Source of the DNA: Lytechinus pictus
Taxonomy: Eukaryota
Assembly (NCBI RefSeq): GCF_037042905.1
Contig: NC_087245.1
Span: 37,822,001 to 37,886,000, forward strand
DNA: 64,000 nt
Direction: 5' to 3'
The position numbers were made by a program, and so were the translations under genes. The notes beneath the pieces are model-generated. The model ran no database searches and had not been told where the DNA came from. It worked only from the letters and a program-made list of their open reading frames with translations. Shown here in pieces: positions 13,145 to 23,189 of this stretch (position 1 is the stretch's first letter; each line of letters starts with the position of its first letter).

Positions 13145-13467
13145 GGCCCGTATTCTGATGTCAGGTTAAACTTAGACCACGGTCTAACTCTGTGCTAAAA
13201 TTATGGGTAGCCGAAAATTCAAACATTCTGTTTCTATAGTATATTTCTTATGTTTACTATTTTGTGTAATTTTGCTTTCATAGTGAGGAAAAATACTTAA
13301 AAATACCTCAGTTATCATTCCCACACAATTATGAACAATTTGGGTGTCATTAAGGATTAATAAATTAGCTGTGTACCATTAGGGATTAGTGCCCCAATTG
13401 GCTCTCCATAGTTGAACCACAACTTTAAACCAGGGTTTGATTTAAACCCGAGTTCAGAATACGGGTC
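13145..13467. mobile_element. Harbinger-like MITE
   Basis: GGCCCGTATTCTGA ... TCAGAATACGGGTC; TAT on both flanks. Confidence 0.72.
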
Positions 13468-15877
13468 TATAGGTTTTGGACATGATTGTTGGAGCTAGAA
13501 AATGCAATCGACATTGTGCATTCCATCACAAGACTTGAAATCACCTATACTGTCATTAAAAAAAAAAAAAAAAAAAACGAGGGGGTGATCGGGCCTACTC
13601 ATCAAGCAAACCAAAGGACTTGCTATTACAGCATGCAGCTACCTTGTTAACAGGGCTCAGCAGCCAATCACTGATTCCATGGTAGTTGTCATAATAGCAA
13701 AGTTTAAATAATCGTCACTTTTTATGAAACGGATCCTAGGCCGGATCGCCGCCCTACAATACACAATTGAAAAGCCTTTAGGGTCAAATTTTTCTTCACT
13801 CAGGTCGCACCTCCCGCTACCAATATTGTTATTTTATTTGAAATTTCAACAAAATAAATAGGTTTTAAGAGAATACAGAAAATGGGAGAAAATTAATATA
13901 TTTATAATAAAAGTAAGTTTATTCCCGCATGAAAGAAAATTATAGGCCACTAAGCGAGAATACACAAACAATAGGTACGTAAAATGAATAAAAGATGTTT
14001 ACAATAAGATAAACTCTTTCAGTTTCTTCAACTTTCCTTTCTCTTCTCCTTCCTTTCCTCCCCCCTTTGCTAAAGCTATCCCTTTTTATTTGTATTTATT
14101 TATTTATTTTTATTTTTTATTGGGGGGGGGGGGGGTGAGGCAGTCGCTTCTCCGGCCCTCTGGATCAGTGGCGTAATGAGCCAAACATGTTGAGGGCCTA
14201 CATGTAGATGGCGAATCGCAGGCAAAATTTATAAAAGTTGCAGACGAGCAAACAAAATTTTTGAAATGTTTATTATAAAAATCCAATTTTGTGATAGATT
14301 TTGACGCAATGTTCATAAAATCATATCACATTTCACCTTTCTTTCTTTCCTTTTCTCTCAGTTTTTTTTTCCTTGAAATGGGTGCTGCGGGGGGGGGGGG
14401 GGGTCGAGGCAAGCGCCCCCAGCTCTACCCCCCCCCCTCTGTTTGAAACTGCTCTGGATCCACCTATTGAAAAGTATCATGAGCCTAAAGAAGTAATGAT
14501 TTCAAGTATACTTCATTTTCATTCTCTAATTTCTCTTTAAAAAATCATGACCATTGTTGAAAGAGATATACAAGTTGTCCTTGCAAGTTGGAGGAAAAAA
14601 GGACATGCGCGATATCATCAGAAGTTTGAATATCGTACGCATACGGTACCGTATCGTTTATCGATATTCAGTTGATCTGGAGCGACGGTCGAGCAAACAG
14701 AATTTACTGAATTTCTGGGTGGAGCTGTCTAAATCTCATGGAATTTGTTAATTTCTCGAGTATCTTTCTCTCCCATTACTATGTGAGTATTCGTATTGAT
14801 CCAATGCATTAAAAATCATCTTACTAATTACTTATTTAATAACATAATTTTTGCTGTCAAGTTAGCATTGTTGTTGCGAAAATTGCTGACGGCTCATCAC
14901 GTTACCCGCGGAACTGACTCTTGTATGCGGGGAGTTCAGGCTGCCTCTGCATTTCGTTCTCGATTGTGGAGCTGAGGCCGCTGTTGCCGCTGCGGCTTCC
15001 ACTGTTGTTACTCTGGGGCCCGTTTCTCAACACCGTCATAAGTCTAACTTCTTGACTAAATCGGAGATAGTGAGCTACTTGTCCGCTAACCGTTTCACGA
15101 AGCCCTCTTTACCAAGATCGGGTACAACAACCTCACTAAATATTTATGACACCTCCGAACCTGTCATAACTTCTTTCTTAATGACGTAGTGGCATCACGT
15201 GGGTAGACTATGACATGCAAAATTGCCTCGAAATTTGACAATTGTAATCTTACGTAATCATTCATAGAAGTTTAAATTACATTGCAAAACAGGTGTGATA
15301 GATCATTCAATAATAATTGTTATGCACAGAAACTATCAAAACTGTTGGTAAAACGCAACAAAACCACTCATTTTAAAATAGTAAAGTAATTGAATCGATA
15401 AAGATTCTACCACGGCAGGTCATCCATAACTGGACTCGTATTCGTCGTTTTCAAACTCTTATCAACATTTTTGATAAATTCTATCTCTAATTTATGCAAA
15501 GAATTTGTCAAATCGTGTGTTTCGGTATGTAAAAAAAAAAAAAATTAATTTAAACTATATTTTGATGATGTTTGGAACCATAAATAAACGTATAATTATC
15601 ATTATTTTACAAAGATAACAATTGTGGTTTACTTTCGTAAACTATCAAAATTTACTATCCCGGGGATACCCATCTCATTGTCCCCATGTGATTTTTTAGT
15701 CATGAAATGATATATTCATAATTTGATTTTCTCAGCAATTAGATGCTCAAGTCTTCATGGTTTAAGTATGCATGGTTCATATTTTGCCTCTGCTATTATT
15801 TTTATTAGATGTATTTCCAAATTAATCACAATAATTGCAGTTTTATCACATTTTTGCTTTTCAAAAATTATGCTATT

Positions 15878-18800
15878 TCAATTCAATTCAATTCAATTCA
15901 ATTCAATTCAATTTCAATTCAATTCATTTATTTTCTCTTTCAATCTTTTTACATTTACAATGATAGTTCAATATACATATTTACAAAATATAACATTTAA
16001 ATCATTTTTTTATAATACAATAATACCATGAAATCGAAAGGGAAGGAGACCAACTAAAAAGCAAAGCTTGTAGGGTGAAGGCCCCCTTTTATAAGTAAAT
16101 TTTATGAATTAAAAATAAGATAAAATAAAGAAATAAACAATATATATATATATAATGAATAAAAAAATAAAAATAAAATTAAATAATAATAAAAATAAAT
16201 GATTCAGTATACACTGTATACAGAGATCATAAAACGATTAAACATATATACAAAGAGAAATTAATAAACACATTTACATATTAAGTTCTGAATTACATTA
16301 CTTTGGGAAAAAACGATAATCTAATATGAATTCAGAAGATATTTTTTAAGTTTTCCTTTGAAATTGTGTATTGAATTACATTGTATAATATCCTTTGAAA
16401 AAGAATTCCATAATTTTGGACCAGTAAAAACAAATGTCTTTTGTGCAAACGATGTTCTATTCAGAGGTAAATGAAAGGAACTCGCCTGGCGAGTGAAGTG
16501 TTTATGAATTGTATCATTTTTTATAAACATATTATTAAAAGGTAACGGTAATTGTTTATTGATAAACTTGAACATTAACTGTCCGAGTTGAAAAGAATAT
16601 AAATCTTTAATCTTCAAGACTTTATTTCTCAAAAACAGAATATTTGTATGTGCCCTGAATTCTGCATGACTAATAATACGAATCACTCTTTTTTGTAAAA
16701 TAAAAAGTCTATTAATTTGATAATTCGCTGCATTACCCCACGCAACAACTCCGTAATTCAAGTAAGGTAAAATTAACGTTGAATACAATGATAACAAAAT
16801 ATAATGGGGTAAGAAGTAACTTAATTTTCTAATGACACCGATGTTGCGTGCAATGATTTTACAAATATTATCAATATGTGCTTTCCAAGAAAGTTTGTCG
16901 TCAATGATCAGTCCCAAAAATTTAGTAGATCGCACTCTTTGAATGACAATATCATTTAAAATTACATCTTTTGGTACACTCGTAATCTTGTTGCTAAATA
17001 GCATGTAGCTAGTTTTTTCTAGGTTAAGAGAGAGTTTGTTAGCTGTTATCCAATTAGACACATTTTTTAGTTCGTCATTGAATATTTGCGTCAATTGCTC
17101 TGGGTCGGGGTGCGACAGAAATATATTAGAGTCATCAGCGAAAAGTATAAATTGGAGCAATCTAGATGACATATCAATATCATTTATATAAGTAATGAAC
17201 AAAAGTGGGCCAAGAATGCTGCCCTGTGGAACTCCACAAAGGACAGGTTTACGTTCAGAAATATTACAATCAAGTGAAACGAACTGTGAACGCCCGGTTA
17301 GATAATTCTTGAACCACTTTAGTGGTTCCCCTCTTATTCCATAATGAGAAAGTTTATAAAGGAGAATGTTATGATCAACTGTATCGAATGCTTTTGAAAA
17401 ATCTAAAAACAAACCAATCGTATTCGAAGACTTGTCATAAGCTTTGGCAACTGTTTGAACCAAAGAAAGTATTGCGTGGGAAGTGCTACTCTTTTCCCGG
17501 AAACCAAATTGAGTATCGGATAGGATGTTGTGCTTTTTAAAAAAACATATGGTTCGTATGTGAACCAATTTTTCAAGAATTTTAGATAAGTTTGTAAGCA
17601 ATGAAATCGGTCTGTAATTACTTGCTAAAGAACTATCACCTTTTTTGAAGACTGGTATTATCTTAGAAATTTTCATTGATTTTGGAATATTTCCCGATGA
17701 TAATGACAAATTGAATATATAAATAAGAGGGTCAATTATATAATTCATAGTTTTTAGTAAAAGGTTGTTATCAATGTTATCAAATCCTGCACTTTTATTT
17801 GATTTTAGGCTAGATATAATTTTAATTATCTCCTGTGCGTTCGTAGGAGAGAAAAACATAGAACTTTGATTTCTATCCCCCAGATATTGATGAAATGAAT
17901 GGGAGTTTGTTGGTATACTTCTAGAGAGCTTAAATCCAACTTGTGAAAAGTAATTGTTGAAAATATTTGCCATCTGAACTTTATCTTCAATAATAGAATC
18001 ATTATGCATAAGCTTAGTTATCTTTGAAAACTTTGGTCCATTATTGATGGTAGAATTGATCAATTTCCATGTTTTTTTAAGATCATTCTTGCATTGATTA
18101 AATTGATCATGGTAATATGCCTTTTTAGCAGTACGGATGACCCCTGTAAGTGTATTCTTATAATTAGTATATTGGCTCCGAGTATTCTCAGTTAATCTTG
18201 ATATATATTTATAGTATAATCGATTTTTTCTATTTATCGAACGAAGAATTGAATTTGTTATCCAAGGTAGTCTGGGTGATCTTTTATAATTTTTGGACTT
18301 GGGCTTTGCAAAAGGAATATTTTCATTAACATGACTCATGAAGATATCAATAAATGTTTCGTAGGACTTGTCAACACATTCTGTACTAAATACATCATCC
18401 CAAGATTCTTCTTCTAAACTCTGTTTCAAACGAGATATATTTATATCACTATACACACGCCTCTTAGATACGTAATCGGGAAGTTTGTTTGGCTGATATT
18501 GATTAGAACAATACATGAAAATTGGGAAATGATCAGACATGTCTGAAATAATTATACCAGCTTTAAATTCTGAACGTATATTGGAGAAAAAATTGTCAAT
18601 CAGAGTTGCGGAAGTATTAGTGATTCTAGTGGGTCGAGAAATAAGTGGCAAAAAGGAGGCAGAAAGGAATGTCTCTAAAAAGTCATTTGCAAAAATATTA
18701 GTATCACTCGCTAACAGGTCATAGTTAAAGTCTCCCATTATGATACATCTTTTGTTTTGAACAGAATGATAATGTAGTAAATTATTTAAAGTGTCTAGAA

Positions 18801-19345
18801 AATCAGCACTATTGCTGCGAGGAGGCTTATAAACAACTCCCAATACAGTTTTTCTGTTATCACGATCACTAATTTCAATAAATAAAGTTTCTGCAGTTTC
18901 ATTCATTAAATTCATGTCTTCAATAATAACATACTCAAATTGACTCGGCACAAAAATTGCAACACCACCACCAATTTTATCAACACGATTATTTGTAAGT
19001 ATATCATAACCTGGGAGTGCATTCATATTAATATATTTATCTGACAGCCATGTCTCAGTTAAACCTATTACTGTATTTTGGGGAACACCTGAGTTATCTA
19101 AAAATAAACGAAATTGTTCAAAATTCTTGTTAAGGCTTCTGATATTTAGATGCAAAATAGACAAGCAGGAAGAAGGTAAACCTTTGAAAATGTTTTTGGC
19201 TGAAGCCTGAGTGTAGTAGTTTGAGGATATGACACTCGAAGCCCCATCATTTGGATCTAAATCAATTTTAAGTTCATCATTGTTAGCTCCAATATCATTA
19301 ATAACATCATTGGAATCATTGGAAATGTTCGTAATCATTTTGTGA
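15878..19345 (-). mobile_element. CR1-clade LINE, probably 5'-truncated (no ORF1), with (ATTGA)n 3' tail
   Basis: ORF2 plus AT-rich 3' UTR ending in (TCAAT)n on the + strand at 15878-15925; host transposon sequence resumes shortly upstream of ORF2. Confidence 0.88.
16321..19338 (-). CDS. Non-LTR retrotransposon ORF2 (apurinic endonuclease + reverse transcriptase), CR1 clade, 1005 aa uninterrupted
   Basis: APE motifs LNIRSL, LTETWL, MGDFN, IDNFF, SDHFPI; RT motifs YRPISLL, FLDFSKAFDTV, GVPQGSILGP, LFADD, KFLG; CR1-type C-terminus. Confidence 0.96.
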   Translation of the reverse strand: MITNISNDSNDVINDIGANNDELKIDLDPNDGASSVISSNYYTQASAKNIFKGLPSSCLSILHLNIRSLNKNFEQFRLFLDNSGVPQNTVIGLTETWLSDKYINMNALPGYDILTNNRVDKIGGGVAIFVPSQFEYVIIEDMNLMNETAETLFIEISDRDNRKTVLGVVYKPPRSNSADFLDTLNNLLHYHSVQNKRCIIMGDFNYDLLASDTNIFANDFLETFLSASFLPLISRPTRITNTSATLIDNFFSNIRSEFKAGIIISDMSDHFPIFMYCSNQYQPNKLPDYVSKRRVYSDINISRLKQSLEEESWDDVFSTECVDKSYETFIDIFMSHVNENIPFAKPKSKNYKRSPRLPWITNSILRSINRKNRLYYKYISRLTENTRSQYTNYKNTLTGVIRTAKKAYYHDQFNQCKNDLKKTWKLINSTINNGPKFSKITKLMHNDSIIEDKVQMANIFNNYFSQVGFKLSRSIPTNSHSFHQYLGDRNQSSMFFSPTNAQEIIKIISSLKSNKSAGFDNIDNNLLLKTMNYIIDPLIYIFNLSLSSGNIPKSMKISKIIPVFKKGDSSLASNYRPISLLTNLSKILEKLVHIRTICFFKKHNILSDTQFGFREKSSTSHAILSLVQTVAKAYDKSSNTIGLFLDFSKAFDTVDHNILLYKLSHYGIRGEPLKWFKNYLTGRSQFVSLDCNISERKPVLCGVPQGSILGPLLFITYINDIDMSSRLLQFILFADDSNIFLSHPDPEQLTQIFNDELKNVSNWITANKLSLNLEKTSYMLFSNKITSVPKDVILNDIVIQRVRSTKFLGLIIDDKLSWKAHIDNICKIIARNIGVIRKLSYFLPHYILLSLYSTLILPYLNYGVVAWGNAANYQINRLFILQKRVIRIISHAEFRAHTNILFLRNKVLKIKDLYSFQLGQLMFKFINKQLPLPFNNMFIKNDTIHKHFTRQASSFHLPLNRTSFAQKTFVFTGPKLWNSFSKDIIQCNSIHNFKGKLKKYLLNSY

Positions 19346-20869
19346 CTAAGGCTACGTCTCGTCTGCTCTTTCTACCGATAGTATCGATATCAAGGGATTC
19401 TAGTTAGGAAGCCCTTCTTGAAACGGGTTTAGTAAGATTGGAACTAACTCCGTGGTTGGTGGATAAAGATATGACTAACTTGTCCAGGTGTTGAGAAACG
19501 GGCCCCTGTTTGGCAATGCCAATGCCAATGAATGGCTGCTTGTAATACTCTAGTCTTAACTTAAGTTATTGTTTGTCTGAGCTAAGATCCAACTTAGGTT
19601 AGTAGTTGGATGAAGTTGGATGGCACTGGCAGGTTCAGATTATTCATTTCATTTCACATGACTAGAAATAGAAGAATCTTAGCCTAGGGCTAGGCTAGAC
19701 AGCTGGCAAAAGTGGCAGCCGTCTGTTTCGAGGAGTTTTTTATTTTTAACATTTTATTTTGTTTTGTTTCTCCTCGTACACAGACAGCTCGCTATTATGC
19801 AGCCACCATGAGGGGCTTAACAATGCAAAATCCCCCAGACGGGGCTTATCGATTTTTGTCTTTATTTCATTAAAATAAATAAAAGGAACTGTACCAAAAT
19901 AAAGATTATTATTCCGTTTTGGCCTGAAATGCACCAAAACTGGGAAAAATAAACTAAAAAGGGGAAAAACAATGACTTACTTCGACTGTCGCGCAACTTC
20001 ACTTCCCTGTTTTATCCGAACTTAATGCATAAACATATGGCCATTGAGTCCCTGTACAGATCGAGCTAGAACTTCGGTCTCTATTTTGTGAGTGGAGCCA
20101 GCAGAGTTCAGCGGAACAGCCAACATAACAGAGACCGAAGCTTTTGGTCTAGATTTAGCCTAGACCAAAAACTTTTATCTCTGTGAATTGAGAAACTTGC
20201 TCATCACCACAGAAAAAAAAGAACAGTGACTTTCATTATTGTGTCATTCTACAACTTTTGAATTTTGACCTTGCCCCTTATTTCAAGGCACTGCACCTCC
20301 ATTTGAACCATAATCATATCATGTAGGGTATAATTTTAAAGAGAATTAAATGATCTATTCATTGGTATCAATCACACTAAAACCGAGGAGGGATTAACGA
20401 TCAAAGTCAGATTTCGAAACTTTTTTGAGGAGTTTAGTTAAGATGGAAAGTGTGCTAGACAAGTCTTAATATTATATTAATATTTTTATTATTATTACTT
20501 CCCTGCTGAAATCCCTAGGATTCCAGATGTTCTTTTTAACTAGTCTACAACTCTATAATATCAATAATTGTCAGAATGAGAATTTTTAGATCTATTTTTT
20601 TCCTATCCCTTTTATTTTGAGGTACTTAATGAGCATAAGGATCAGAAAGGAATTGAAATTTGAGATACAATGTAAATATTATATTAATAAAATATCAATT
20701 ATGTTATATAGGTATTTGAAAATGGATATTCAACACAAGATACCCTCTGTAAGTGGTTCTTAAATGTAAAGTGAAGTTATTCTTATCAAAATTCAGATTC
20801 CCCCCTTTGATGAGTGGATTCAATGCGTGACAAAAAAAAACATGTGAAAAGGATCTGTTGTTCAAGAGA

Positions 20870-21290
20870 GGTAAGGGGGTCAAAACACTAAAATAATGAA
20901 AAAAGGGTACATATTTCGCTAGGAAAACTTTGTTTACGGTCCAATTTGCGAGGGACTAAAGTACTTTATAAAGGGTGTATTTTTGCCCCAACACTACGTG
21001 TTTAGGGTCCGATTTGAGCGAAGTGTGTGGGGTGGTACTAAACCCAATGAAAGTAAAGGTAAAGCTGAAACCCGTGATCACGTCCGTGACATCATTGTAT
21101 TTGTTTAGAGGGTCAAATCAGGGAATACTTGTCAAGGGTACCGTTTTGTTTCCAATACTTGTTAAGGGTAGGGTTTCACACGCTAATACTCGTTAAGCGG
21201 TGCATTTTCAGAACATGGAAAATACTTGTTTAGGGTGCTTTTCGAAACCCCATGGTATCCACTCGTTTATGGAAGTGGCCCCCCACGGGG
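20870..21290. repeat. Dispersed repeat related to 365-797
   Basis: Shared motifs as above. Confidence 0.65.
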
Positions 21291-21582
21291 ATTTCCCTCA
21301 GGATTGCTATTTGTCTTCACATTAATAGTACATCTCTGTTTAAAAAAAATTGCCATGGAATTTTGAAGGTTTGATGAGCCATTGTATAACATCATTGATC
21401 TAACTGTACTTTTTTTTATTTCCTTAATAGTGTATGTGTTTTAGAGGGAGTAGGCCTATAATTTTGTGAATGCATTTACAGTACAAAATATGTATTTGTA
21501 CAAAATATAGTTTTCATTTTAAATATGCCTTATGTTTTTTAACTTTTGGAAACGACAATACTATTGAATATGAATGATTCAT

Positions 21583-21736
21583 AATACTAAATAGGTTCAT
21601 TATTGCAGATTGAAATAATCGCTAGAGGGTATTCATTTGTCTCGCAATATACTATGGTCAACAAGGAAATTCGTGATCACTCTTGCAAAAAGTGTTCACT
21701 GGCTTTCTAGGAAATTCGTGATCACTCTCGCAAAAA
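21583..21736 (+). repeat. Left arm of inverted repeat pair
   Basis: Reverse complement of 25333-25489 with few mismatches. Confidence 0.85.
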
Positions 21737-22607
21737 ATGAATGATTCATGTCATAATTTTTTTTGTTAAAATGATAACTGGGTTTTTTATGCCTTTCCTT
21801 GTTGGTGGTTTGTGCAATTATCAAACAAAATTGAATCCTGATCAAATATAAAGTAAAGAACATTCCATGTGTATCAATCAAATGTTATTTTGCATTGAAC
21901 AAGGTCAGTCAGTAATTTCCTCTCCTGTGGCTGTTATGACATGTCCAATTGTTTACCTCATCATTTCAGTTAATATCCTTGATTTCCTCAAATTCTTTGA
22001 ATCACCAAATCTAATTAGACTCTATATTCATCTCATACAGAGTATGTACATGAGATAAGAGACAGAAGTCGGAGAATACAGAGTACCATTAGTTTTAATC
22101 ATTGATTGATGGTCTGAGGCTTTTGACATAATATTTTGAAATACATGTATTGCTGACTATGATTCATAACATGTAGCTCCCATTTATCCTTTATACACTG
22201 TCACTTTTTTTTTGAAGACTTCTGATTGTAGTATCTTTCAACCTAGGGCCTTAACACAAAGCTTAGCAACGATCATACATGCAACATTTTTTCTATGATT
22301 AATTGCATTGACTACATTCAATTGTGAAAATCAAGCGTATGATTACTCGCTAACCTTTGCGTGAGGGACCCAGGTTCCTGATACAGCAACAAGGTGGTCA
22401 GTTTTAAATGTTGATTGATTCAATGACCCAAGAACATAGATCTACCAAAGTCTGCGTCAAGGTTTCTTGGTAGAGAATCTGAATCCTTTATCCAGTTTTT
22501 AACAGTGTATTGCAGAATGGTGAAGTTGTAATTATTTGCACTGTTGTATATGTTTCAGGTCATCTTAAGCATTTCAAAAATTTGTGTGCACGTTTTCACT
22601 CGTAAAA

Positions 22608-22790
22608 CTATTATCATGATGATCATGATCAGCATCATCATCGTCATTATCATCATCATGATCATCATCATGATCATCATGATCACCATGATCATGATCA
22701 TCATGTTCATCATGATTGTGATGATGATGATGATCATCATCATCACCATCATCATCATAATCATCATCGATCATCATCAATCATCAACAT
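22608..22790. repeat. (ATC/ATG)n microsatellite
   Basis: Directly visible. Confidence 0.95.
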
Positions 22791-22928
22791 CACAATTACC
22801 ATCAACAAATTATCATAAATGTTAAAATGTGTACCATTACATCTTAATCATTTGATTTTAAAAAAATGTGTTTGTATTTGCAGTGATTGATACCTTTCTG
22901 AGTATTACCGTCAAAGAATCGCTGACCC

Positions 22929-23189
22929 ATGCCTGTTGGACCGAAGTCACTACTCAGAAGAAACGGAGAGATGAATTCTCGGAACCGGAACCGACCTACC
23001 CCTCCAGAGCGTAGATTTCGAGGTATAGATGTGACGAACCCTGCATATATAACTCAGGTTACGCAATCGCAGTACCGTATCTCACCGGCTGAAGCTCTTA
23101 CTAAGATGAAGATGTTGGAGCACTGTGATCGTGCTGTGATCAATCCTATGTTTCATACACCCTCCCCAGACCATCCATCAAATGATCCA
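22929..23189 (+). CDS. KRIT1: KRIT1 coding exon 1 (NPAY and NPMF motifs); exon acceptor probably 22883
   Basis: RPTPPERR..VTNPAY..KMKMLEHCDRAVINPMF; donor GTAAGT at 23190. Confidence 0.88.

Larger units (their letters stand above)
15016..19505. mobile_element. Non-autonomous PIF/Harbinger-like DNA transposon carrying the LINE insertion
   Basis: 19-bp perfect TIR GGGCCCGTTTCTCAACACC / GGTGTTGAGAAACGGGCCC; 3-bp TSD CTG on both sides. Confidence 0.85.

Noticed and set aside
16321..19338. Domesticated or novel reverse-transcriptase system
   Set aside because: Standard APE-RT architecture with a microsatellite 3' tail, no introns and no partner gene or ncRNA visible; best explained as a young CR1 LINE.
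22544..22825. His/Asp-rich and Ile/Met-rich ORFs
   Set aside because: These are translations of the (ATC/ATG)n microsatellite; all frames are low-complexity.
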